From Pseudomonadota bacterium (lineage in GTDB: Bacteria > UBA10199 > 2-02-FULL-44-16 > JAAZCA01), in the NCBI GenBank assembly GCA_043822785.1, contig JBDRBN010000054.1, positions 1-28,200 of the forward strand: 28,200 bases of DNA, in the 5' to 3' direction. Shown here in pieces: positions 16,404 to 24,492 of this stretch; within the stretch, counting starts at the first letter, position 1, and every line of letters starts with the position of its first letter. A program made the position numbers and the translations under genes. The notes beneath the pieces are model-generated. The model was not told where the DNA came from, ran no database searches, and saw nothing but the letters and a program-made list of their open reading frames with translations.

Positions 16404-18819
16404 CTATTATCACCTTCAGCACATCCTCAACTGGCTGATCCGGTGCCTTGCGAGCAGGCTGAGCTTTTGAAGGAGTTCTCTTCTCTTCTTTTATCTGTGC
16501 AGGCTTCTTCTCCTCTATCTTTTCTTCTGCTTCTACCTTCTCTTCTGCTTCCATCTTTTTCTCAACTTCCATTATTTTCTCTTCCTCTACAATTTCCGTG
16601 GCTGGCTTTGGTTTAAGCCTATCTTCGATGAGTGCAGTAAGTTTCACAGAATCGATCTCTAGTTTTGGCTCACCAAGTTTTCCAGAGCCAGATACAGGTA
16701 TGATGAGCATGCCTTTTGTGTTCAAAAGCATCTTTCTGGCCTGTGCATCAGCCACAAGCTTTTCTGATATGTCCTTTTCCACAGCGAGCGTGCCGCTGGC
16801 TGTGAGCTCTCCTGAGGACAAAACTGTTGTTGTTAGCAAAGCAGAGTACTCCTTGGCCTTCCAAGATGCTTCGCTGATCTCAATTTTCTCATCTGTGATT
16901 TCAAAAGATGCCTTGAAATCCGAAACTTCATCGCCAACATTTTCAAGCTCTTTCTCAGTTGTCTCTCTGAGAATGGCCCCTGACTTTGACTCGATCTCAT
17001 CCCATGTGTTTTTTGAAAACGCCCCGGCCGCACCCTTTGATTCACTTATCTTTGCATTAGAAGAAACGATTGAGCCGCTAAGTAAAAGATTCTTTTGCAA
17101 AGACTCGCGGTCAGTACCTTCACTCTGTGCCTTAACGACCAGCGAGGCTTTTGCTGAAATCGCATTGCCGATCGTCTGTATGTTCTGCGTTTCTACATCC
17201 CCCACAACTACATCAAAGTTCATTGCAGGCAAGGCGCCAAGCTGTATCTGGCCGTTGCCAGAAAGATCTGCATCCGCAAACTTACCTTTTAGGGTTACAA
17301 AGGATATTTTACCATCCTCCCTCACAAACGATGTGGAGACTTCGCTTAAACTTATATCTGCAATCCCTGCCTTAGAAGCCTCAAGCCTTCCTTGAACCTC
17401 AAGCTCCTCTGACTTTGCCAAAGGCCCTTCAAGCGTAAGATCCACACTTCCGTTTTCCATGGAACCCATATTCGACAGCCAAGGAAGAAGGGTTTGTATG
17501 GCAGCAAGGGTAAGCCCATCTCCTGAAACACTAAGCCGCGTTTCAAAATCCTCATCGCGTTTGATTTCGCCTGCAATATTCATGTCGCTACCTGCTAACG
17601 TAAGAGATGCTCGGTCAAAAGCAAAAGAATCTGGCTTAACCAGCACATCTGCTTGCGCCTTGAGCAAAATACCTGGTTCCTTTATAGCACTATTATCTGC
17701 AAACATGCGCGCCTGGGTCGCATCGAGCTGAAGCGCTAGCTCCCCTGTATCACGCGTGCCTTTAAACGACACATCCGCACCAACAGAGCCCTGCCACGAA
17801 AGCTTAAATGGAAGCGTCCTCCCTATAAAAGAAAGCATGGGAGCAAACGCATCTGGATTCAGATCCAAGGTAGCTATATGCACATCATATGAAGGAGGGC
17901 TCATGCTGTAGTTGGCGGAGATGTCAGCAACTAATTGAGCTCCGTTGATATACGCCCTCACGTCGCGGCCGCTGATCTCGCCGCCCATGGTATCAACAAA
18001 TATCTGGCCCTCAATCTTAAGATTTGGTCTTAAGGCGCCTCCAACAGCTCCGGTCATGCTCAGCTGCGCCCCAAAGCCCGTGGCCATCTTAAGATCCTTT
18101 GCAGCAATGGAAACTCCTTCAATAATAAGCGGCTGCGTACTTTCTTCTGTGCTTATATCTATGCGGCCTCGCACCACTTGGATGTTTCTCAAGGTAAGCT
18201 TTGCGCCTTCATCGTCTGAAACGCTTGCCTGCGCACTGCTGAGAAAAACATGTTTCATAAGGCGATTGAAAGACACTTCTCCTTTATCTGCTGGAATGTC
18301 TATGGAAGGAGCCGGCATTGCAGGTATTTCTTTCAGGGGAGGTGCTTGCTCAGATGGTATTGGCGATTCTTTTGTAGGCTCTTTGCTTTCAGGCGCAGCT
18401 GGTGATGTCGGTACAACAGGCGCCCCAGCTTTGATGCCCAGCATCATCCCCATGTTGGAAACGCCAGACCGGGAGCTGTAATTGATATTCACATCGCGGG
18501 CCTCGATCGATGTATCAAAATCACCTTCGAGAAGGGCTGAAAGAGCAAGGCTGCCGTTTATCTTTTTTGCAGAGAGGACATGCATGCCTTGAAAGGGTGG
18601 GTCCTTTGAGACGAGTTTAAATCCTGTTATGGTGTAACCTGGATAAGGAATAAGCCTTAGACGAAAATCATCGATCACCACGCGAGCATTAAGTCTTTGA
18701 GTAAGAGCTTCCTCTATGATGTTTTGATAAGTAGAGGTAGGTATAAAATAGGGGCCTACGGAAGCCACGACCATCAGAAGGGCAAGAGCGATTACAGTTA
18801 TTAACAAAGCCAAGCGCAC
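16396..18819 (-). CDS. AsmA-like family envelope protein
   Basis: N-terminal TM, EALTQRLNARVVI, long amphipathic beta-strand repeats, C-terminal IPVSGSGKLGEPK and a charged tail. Confidence 0.75.
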   Translation of the reverse strand: MRLALLITVIALALLMVVASVGPYFIPTSTYQNIIEEALTQRLNARVVIDDFRLRLIPYPGYTITGFKLVSKDPPFQGMHVLSAKKINGSLALSALLEGDFDTSIEARDVNINYSSRSGVSNMGMMLGIKAGAPVVPTSPAAPESKEPTKESPIPSEQAPPLKEIPAMPAPSIDIPADKGEVSFNRLMKHVFLSSAQASVSDDEGAKLTLRNIQVVRGRIDISTEESTQPLIIEGVSIAAKDLKMATGFGAQLSMTGAVGGALRPNLKIEGQIFVDTMGGEISGRDVRAYINGAQLVADISANYSMSPPSYDVHIATLDLNPDAFAPMLSFIGRTLPFKLSWQGSVGADVSFKGTRDTGELALQLDATQARMFADNSAIKEPGILLKAQADVLVKPDSFAFDRASLTLAGSDMNIAGEIKRDEDFETRLSVSGDGLTLAAIQTLLPWLSNMGSMENGSVDLTLEGPLAKSEELEVQGRLEASKAGIADISLSEVSTSFVREDGKISFVTLKGKFADADLSGNGQIQLGALPAMNFDVVVGDVETQNIQTIGNAISAKASLVVKAQSEGTDRESLQKNLLLSGSIVSSNAKISESKGAAGAFSKNTWDEIESKSGAILRETTEKELENVGDEVSDFKASFEITDEKIEISEASWKAKEYSALLTTTVLSSGELTASGTLAVEKDISEKLVADAQARKMLLNTKGMLIIPVSGSGKLGEPKLEIDSVKLTALIEDRLKPKPATEIVEEEKIMEVEKKMEAEEKVEAEEKIEEKKPAQIKEEKRTPSKAQPARKAPDQPVEDVLKVIIGQ

Positions 18820-18880
18820 TTTTATAACCCCCTACGTAAGTAGAATATATTTCTACCGGATTTGCTGGATTTTACAATAA

Positions 18881-18953
18881 AAACAACAAGAAACGCGAGA
18901 AACGTATTTTTATGAACGTTGCTGGCGTTGCTGACGTTTCTCGCGTTGCTTGC
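18881..18953. repeat. Inverted nonamer array (CGTTGCTGG-type)
   Basis: cgttgctgg cgttgctga cgtttctcg cgttgcttg. A perfect 14-bp inverted repeat links 18892-18905 and 18934-18947. Confidence 0.85.
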
Positions 18954-18960
18954 GATTTAT

Positions 18961-19266
18961 TTAGTGGTGCACCTTTTCCTTCAGCTCCTCCAGCCACAAA
19001 ATGACCAGGTCATGCACCCGCTTATCGATTCCAGCAGGGATTTGGTGGGTTTTCATGACTTCCATAAACGCATCGAGCGCAGCCCTTGTCTCGCCTACGG
19101 TCAGGCTCTTGCCTGTGGAGTGAACTAACATGTCGCGATATTTCAGGGCTGTGCTCACAAGCATAGAGAACATGGCCCTGGTACCTTCATCAGCGCCATC
19201 AAAGTGCTCTGAAACCCTGTCAAAGAGCTCCTTTATGTCATTGTCATCTATGGCTTTGTTGTTCAT
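18961..19266 (-). CDS. Small helical hypothetical protein
   Basis: 101-aa ORF, ATGA-coupled to the upstream nucleotidyltransferase. Confidence 0.75.
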   Translation of the reverse strand: MNNKAIDDNDIKELFDRVSEHFDGADEGTRAMFSMLVSTALKYRDMLVHSTGKSLTVGETRAALDAFMEVMKTHQIPAGIDKRVHDLVILWLEELKEKVHH

Positions 19267-19826
19267 GTCTTAATCCTTTTTAAAACAGCTTCCCAGATAT
19301 CTTTCAAATCCATCTCGATCGCCCATTTAGATATATATTCAATATCAATTCTCTTGCCTGATATCTTTAGCATACCTGTTATGTCCCTTAAGTGTTTCTC
19401 AGAACCGCCCATCCGATAATAGTCCATCTTTTTAATGATGACATCCTCTGGCGATGCAAATGTAACGGACTTCCCTTCTGAAATCGGCATCATCTTGCTT
19501 CGCTTAAATCTGCTGTCATCAAATTCAGATTTTTGTCGAATGATCACATCAACCTTAAGGCCCGATGTCGGATGAATAATGTTAAATTGTTGACCGCGTT
19601 CTATGGCCTCACGAACAGCCTCTTCGCTGATATAATATTCAGACATGGGAAATCGTTCAACGAACGAAGCAATGTCACTCATCTTTATATCTGCAACAAT
19701 GTCTATGTCATTTGTAAGACGGGGTTCGCCATAGGAAATGGATGCGCAAGAACCTGTTATAAAATAGGGAATAGATAGATCATCAAAGACACTTACCACA
19801 AACTCCATCAGTTCAGTGAGTTCCAT
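19263..19826 (-). CDS. Pol-beta-superfamily nucleotidyltransferase-like protein (DUF6036-like)
   Basis: YFITGSCAS..YGEPRLTNDIDIV (GS..DxD), KVD, SPEDVIIKK and SEKHLRD. Confidence 0.82.
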   Translation of the reverse strand: MELTELMEFVVSVFDDLSIPYFITGSCASISYGEPRLTNDIDIVADIKMSDIASFVERFPMSEYYISEEAVREAIERGQQFNIIHPTSGLKVDVIIRQKSEFDDSRFKRSKMMPISEGKSVTFASPEDVIIKKMDYYRMGGSEKHLRDITGMLKISGKRIDIEYISKWAIEMDLKDIWEAVLKRIKT

Positions 19827-20028
19827 TCAAAAACCTCTTTGAAACTTCTCTTACTATTTCGTCATTGTCCCATTCTGGGTGCTGGACTCTTAGCGATGCT
19901 GCCATCAATGTCCTGGCAGATCTCAATATTCCATTGGCTATGTTCAAGCGCTCCAGGGGGGTCTTTGCCTTAAGGATCATGGCCATAGCATCGTCAACAA
20001 CTTCTATCTGTTTGTTATCAATCTGCAT
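19813..20028 (-). CDS. Small protein upstream of the nucleotidyltransferase (putative partner/antitoxin)
   Basis: 71 aa with TPLERL..HPEW..EIVREV. Overlaps the NTase start by 14 nt. Confidence 0.72.
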   Translation of the reverse strand: MQIDNKQIEVVDDAMAMILKAKTPLERLNIANGILRSARTLMAASLRVQHPEWDNDEIVREVSKRFLNGTH

Positions 20029-20140
20029 ATAATTCCACTATTATAATTTACACTGCTTGTCATCTAAAACCCTTTGATTACAGCATATTGCCCGCCGTTT
20101 TTCTCTATGATTAAACAAGAAGGCAGTTCTTCATTTTTTA

Positions 20141-20167
20141 GCAACAATTTGGGCAACCTGCCGATAA
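20141..20167 (+). promoter_or_regulatory. Sigma-28-like promoter GCAAC-N14-GCCGATAA
   Basis: GCAAC aatttgggcaacct GCCGATAA, 43 nt before ATG 20211. Confidence 0.65.
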
Positions 20168-20210
20168 CAATACAACTTTGGAAAGAGCTCAGTTATCAAA
20201 AGGGGTGGGG

Positions 20211-20780
20211 ATGAAGAGATTTGCAGCAATCTTAATAGTTCTAGTTTTGTTTTCAGCCTGCAATGTGGACCATCTGACCTTGGGGTCTTACGACAAGAAC
20301 ACTTCTCCCAACACATCTGAAAGCTCATCAGACTCTGACATATCAATGGATGAGCTTACGATCCGCTGGTATGGATATGTAAATCCCCAACATTTTGAAA
20401 AAACGATAACTGTAGATGCTGGCAGGCATATAAGTCTCGAAATCAAACTCTACAGCAATGAAACAACTGTTGCTGATTCATGCAAGGATTCAACAGAAAT
20501 CACTGAAGGGAGTTATAAATACATACTGGGTTATGTAAAAGATGCTGATTTGCTTTACTACGAACCCTCTGTTGGTCAAGGCGATGGTTTTTGCACTAAA
20601 GATCATGGCTACAAGAACTTGGGTGTAACCTATAAGGACTCCGATGGATCGCAAAACTCCTTTGATACCAGCATATGCTATCTTGACGATGCAATAAGCA
20701 ATCTAGCAGGCGCCGTAAGCTCCACAGCTGATATCAACACGAGCAATTGTAGTGAGGATGAGCTGTTAGAAGAGAACTAA
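20211..20780 (+). CDS. Acidic lipoprotein of unknown function
   Basis: MKRFAAILIVLVLFSA-C lipobox, Ser-rich tether and a G-rich SD-like sequence upstream. Confidence 0.82.
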   Translation: MKRFAAILIVLVLFSACNVDHLTLGSYDKNTSPNTSESSSDSDISMDELTIRWYGYVNPQHFEKTITVDAGRHISLEIKLYSNETTVADSCKDSTEITEGSYKYILGYVKDADLLYYEPSVGQGDGFCTKDHGYKNLGVTYKDSDGSQNSFDTSICYLDDAISNLAGAVSSTADINTSNCSEDELLEEN

Positions 20781-20789
20781 AAAAATCAC

Positions 20790-20816
20790 GCAACAAAATT
20801 GGAGAATATGCGATAA
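20790..20816 (+). promoter_or_regulatory. Sigma-28-like promoter GCAAC-N14-TGCGATAA
   Basis: Same spacing as the other two copies, with 2 mismatches in the -10 box. Confidence 0.5.
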
Positions 20817-20854
20817 AAAAAGAAGCTTCATCCATCATGGAAAGGAGTTGTATA

Positions 20855-22282
20855 ATGCGTATTGTCGGCACTAATCCGTTATTTTTATTATCCCATTGTG
20901 GGCTGCTACAAGATTTTCAAGCAATGCCTACCACAGCATGCGATTTCTTCCAACCACCCAGCATCTTTTGCAGTGCGAGCAATGACGTTGAGCAACCTGG
21001 GCAAGGAGGCGGGGCTCCAGTAATGGCATGGGGGCAAACAGTTGTCAGGATGCCCGTCCAGCAAATGAGTCGCGTTAAAAGATTGCTGAAAGAATGGCGA
21101 GAACACGATGCTGGCGATAGAATTGTCCCGTTTAAAACTTATGGTGAACAAACACTCGCTTGGATCGGCTATGCCCGTGGCCGCGGTTTTTATCTGCTTC
21201 CGGAAGGAGATACTCTAGTCCGTACTCGCCGCGGCGATAAAGAAGTTACTATTCGAGGCGGAGATGGCAATACGCTCTGGTTACAACATAGAGACATTGT
21301 GCAAGTTTCTGGGGATAAGCCGATGTTTTTCGAAGATATTGCCAGAGATAAAAGCCCGTTTGAAAATGGACATATTTATCCAGATGCTATGCCTGAATCC
21401 CTTAGCGATCTTGTTGATTTCTCGAAAGGCTCCCCGACAGCAAAGCGATGGGTGAATATCAATGGGAAACGAGTTGCAGAAGTCACCTTTTCAAAAGCTT
21501 TTGGCCCGTGTTTGCAACTCTGCCAAGGACATAGTTTGACGCTGGTATCTGATTATGGTGCGAAAGTTTTCAAAATTAAAGGCGATAAATTAGTTATTAT
21601 CCTGCGCAATGAGGATGTCATTCAATTTGATGATAATAAACCCGTTGTCATAAGCGGATTAGAGCATAAGCCGCCCTTACCTTTTTTAGGCGGTTACCAG
21701 TGCTTCGTAGCGCACTCACCTAATCTCCAATCGCTCTTCACAAAGGCTTATCGCAATAAAGGCTTTGATTGGGTCACAGCGACAACCAAAGATAATCAGT
21801 GGGGAGTCTTCTTTGATGGAAGAAAAACGTTCAGCGTTTTTTCAGAGCAACCAATGCTCGTCGTGAAAGGACGTCATAATCGGTCCTGGACTATTGTAGA
21901 GGATAATCGGACTTGGAGTACTAGAAATTTCTCATTTGATTCTGAAACTCCTCAAACAACTTTTTTCACCTTTGAACAACCTATTATACAATTTGGCACA
22001 GAGATACCTATTGAGTTCGATCTGCCAAAACTGATTGGCCTTTCAGAAAAAGATTCCGCACAGCCACCAGAACCGCCTTTGCGCCCTGAGAAACGAAAGC
22101 CATTGCCTTATGAAATATTAGGTGTCGATGCCAATGCTCCTTATCGCGTAATAAGAGATGTGTATTGGGCCCTTACAAAAAAGTGGCATCCCGACCGCAA
22201 TGAGTCCGATAAGGCCCATGAAATGATGAAGATTATCAATGCGGCTTATGCATCCATACGCCAAAAGCTTGGAATGTCCTGA
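20855..22282 (+). CDS. Protein with a C-terminal DnaJ (J) domain and an unknown beta-rich, possibly FHA-like, N-terminal region
   Basis: PYEILGV..KKWHPDRN..MKIINAAY. AAGGAG SD before ATG 20855 (alternative start 20837). Confidence 0.82.
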   Translation: MRIVGTNPLFLLSHCGLLQDFQAMPTTACDFFQPPSIFCSASNDVEQPGQGGGAPVMAWGQTVVRMPVQQMSRVKRLLKEWREHDAGDRIVPFKTYGEQTLAWIGYARGRGFYLLPEGDTLVRTRRGDKEVTIRGGDGNTLWLQHRDIVQVSGDKPMFFEDIARDKSPFENGHIYPDAMPESLSDLVDFSKGSPTAKRWVNINGKRVAEVTFSKAFGPCLQLCQGHSLTLVSDYGAKVFKIKGDKLVIILRNEDVIQFDDNKPVVISGLEHKPPLPFLGGYQCFVAHSPNLQSLFTKAYRNKGFDWVTATTKDNQWGVFFDGRKTFSVFSEQPMLVVKGRHNRSWTIVEDNRTWSTRNFSFDSETPQTTFFTFEQPIIQFGTEIPIEFDLPKLIGLSEKDSAQPPEPPLRPEKRKPLPYEILGVDANAPYRVIRDVYWALTKKWHPDRNESDKAHEMMKIINAAYASIRQKLGMS

Positions 22283-22295
22283 TAGAACAAACATT

Positions 22296-22528
22296 TGTAG
22301 GTCACCCCTAGGGGTGAAATAGAATAACACTTCGAAATTATTATAATTAACGTCATTTTGGTGTTTTTTCTTGTTCGAAAATTGCGCACATTACTGCAAA
22401 AATCTATCCTGTGAACGTACCCACAGCTGAATACGAGAAGAATTTCTTACGGATCAAATACAGCAAAAATGAATATTATCGAATTATATCAGCATATTGG
22501 CGTATTTCACCCCTAGGGGTGATCTACA
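22296..22528. repeat. Inverted pair of GTAG-type REPs (REPIN/MITE-like) around a 181-bp AT-rich spacer
   Basis: TGTAGGTCACCCCTAGGGGTGAAATA (22296-22321) matches the reverse complement of 22503-22528 at 25/26. Each copy holds the palindrome TCACCCCTAGGGGTGA. Confidence 0.88.
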
Positions 22529-22593
22529 GAATTTTACAGAATTAGTAAAAATCCTTGTGGGCGCAGATTTCATCAGCTATTGATCCCCCACTT

Positions 22594-23268
22594 ATGACAG
22601 GCAAATTCATTACATTTGAGGGTGTTGAGGGGTGTGGAAAAAGCACGCAAATTAGACTTATTGCCGAGCATCTAAGGAGCCAAGGCTATGAGCTTGTGCT
22701 CACCAGAGAGCCCGGCGGCACAGTCGTGGGCGAGCGAATCCGCTCGGTGCTTCTGGATTCTGCACACAAGGGTATCGCACCAATCACTGAGCTTTTGCTC
22801 TATGCTGCTGCACGAAATCAACATGTGGAAGAAGTGCTCTTACCTGCGCTCAAAGCAGGAAAATTGGTTTTATGTGATCGGTATGCAGATGCAACCACAG
22901 CATATCAGGGTGCTGCGCGAAACATTGACCCTACGATCATAAAGGATATCCATCGCATCGCCACCGAGGGTTTAAACCCCGACTTCACAGTGTTGCTCGA
23001 CCTGCCCGCGAAAGACGGCTTGGCTCGCGCGCGCGATCGCAACCTACGCGACGCCTCGTCTGCCAAAGAGGATAGGTTTGAACAGGAGGACATCGCATTT
23101 CACGAGCGCGTGCGTGAGGGATATCTCGCAATTGCCAAAGAAGAACCAAACCGGTTTGCAATCGTGGATGCAAGGGGTAGTGAAGAAGAGGTGCATAAGA
23201 AGATTACTGAAGCAATGGAGACGTTCTTGGGATTAAACTCCAAGCACCAAATGACAAATTCTAAATAA
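22594..23268 (+). CDS. tmk: Thymidylate kinase
   Basis: FITFEGVEGCGKST, TREPGG, LCDRY, AYQG and DRFEQE. Confidence 0.97.
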   Translation: MTGKFITFEGVEGCGKSTQIRLIAEHLRSQGYELVLTREPGGTVVGERIRSVLLDSAHKGIAPITELLLYAAARNQHVEEVLLPALKAGKLVLCDRYADATTAYQGAARNIDPTIIKDIHRIATEGLNPDFTVLLDLPAKDGLARARDRNLRDASSAKEDRFEQEDIAFHERVREGYLAIAKEEPNRFAIVDARGSEEEVHKKITEAMETFLGLNSKHQMTNSK

Positions 23269-23378
23269 ACTCCAAATTCCAATGACCCAATGACCAAAAC
23301 ACTGAGTTAAACAGGTTTTGTTTGGAATTTGGGATTTGGAATTTATTTGGAGTTTGGTGCTTGGAATTTGGAATTTTA
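23236..23378. repeat. Inverted heptamer array (CCAAATT/CCAATGA vs TTGGAAT/TTGGGAT)
   Basis: The left arm overlaps the tmk 3' end. The right arm ends just before the holB ATG. Confidence 0.9.
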
Positions 23379-23381
23379 ATT

Positions 23382-24359
23382 ATGTGGTCACAAATAATTT
23401 CACATAATCGGCAGATCGATCAGCTAAAGAAAGCCCTGGCCTCGGGCAGGCTGCCTAATGCCTATGTATTCGCTGGCCCCTCTGGTATAGGCAAACAACT
23501 TGTAGCTTTTTCGTTTGCGCAGGCAGCTCTTTGCGAAAACAAAACAGATGACCAAGATGCTTGCGGCATCTGCGCAGCATGCCGCAAATTTACATCTAAT
23601 AATCATCCAGATTTTTTTCTTATTGAACCAGAGCTCTCTGAGCGTGGCGCTACGCAAAACATAAAAATCGACACCATTCGAGATTTACAATCGAACCTTA
23701 AGTTTTCTCCTTTGGAAGCATCGTTGAAGATCTCTATAATCGACGGTGCGGACAGGCTAATGGAGGCAGCAGCCAACTCACTTCTTAAGATTTTGGAAGA
23801 GCCACCGCCTGCAACCCACTTCATACTCATAACCCCCTACCCACACAGGCTTCTTCCTACAATACGCTCTCGCTGCCAGCACATGTCGTTCTCCCCCATT
23901 CCTGAAAAAGCGCTAGCAAAGGAGATATCAAAACGACAGTCAATATCAGCTAACGATGCGCTGCGCATAGCCAAGCTCTCAGGCGGAAGTTTGGGCACAG
24001 CCTCAGCGCTCGAACCTGAATTTGTGGAAGATGTTCTCGGTAGATTTTTGCCCCTTACAAAAAAGGCTTCCAGCGCCGACATTATAGAAACAGCACAAGC
24101 ATGGAAAGAGATGGACCTTAGTCAAACCAAGCTCATCTTCGACCTCCTGGCTAGCTGGTACCGTGATATATTGAGATATCAGGCCACAAAAAAAGAAGCA
24201 GAGCTCATACATCCAGAAGCAGCTAGCCTGGCAAATGGGCTTGCGGCAAGCCGGCTTTTTCAAAATTTGGCTAGTATAACTGTTGCGCGACTTGCCGCCG
24301 ATACGGCGGCAAATAAACAGTTGATGTTTGAACAGCTTCTGTTTAGCCTTACAAATTAA
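23382..24359 (+). CDS. holB: DNA polymerase III subunit delta'
   Basis: AYVFAGPSGIGK, CGICAAC, NHPD, AANSLLKILEEPP and LPTIRSRC. Follows tmk. Confidence 0.95.
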   Translation: MWSQIISHNRQIDQLKKALASGRLPNAYVFAGPSGIGKQLVAFSFAQAALCENKTDDQDACGICAACRKFTSNNHPDFFLIEPELSERGATQNIKIDTIRDLQSNLKFSPLEASLKISIIDGADRLMEAAANSLLKILEEPPPATHFILITPYPHRLLPTIRSRCQHMSFSPIPEKALAKEISKRQSISANDALRIAKLSGGSLGTASALEPEFVEDVLGRFLPLTKKASSADIIETAQAWKEMDLSQTKLIFDLLASWYRDILRYQATKKEAELIHPEAASLANGLAASRLFQNLASITVARLAADTAANKQLMFEQLLFSLTN

Positions 24360-24384
24360 TGTATTGCTCGGAAACACAACCTTT

Positions 24385-24480
24385 TGTCATTGCGAGGAGC
24401 AAAGCGACGACGCAATCTCCTACAAGTCATTGATTTATGGAGATCGCCACGCCCGCCATTCTGGCGGTCTCGCGATGACA
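24385..24480. repeat. TGTCATTGCGAG..CTCGCGATGACA palindromic element, copy 3, with a central IHF-consensus site
   Basis: 12-bp terminal inverted repeats (1 mismatch). The minus strand at 24435-24423 reads AATCAATGACTTG, matching WATCAANNNNTTR. Confidence 0.88.
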
Positions 24481-24492
24481 TACACTGAATTT

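Noticed and set aside
16598..17395. 265-aa + strand ORF, and similar antisense ORFs (17945..18481, 5923..6402, 6575..7030, 13917..14342, 24567..25028, 27615..28061)
   Set aside because: They lie fully antisense to well-supported genes, have Ser-rich shadow-frame composition and show no motifs.
23322..23381. N-terminal extension of HolB (MEFGIWNLFGVWCLEFGILI) and ORF 23100..23297
   Set aside because: These are translations of the heptamer array. HolB similarity begins at ATG 23382.
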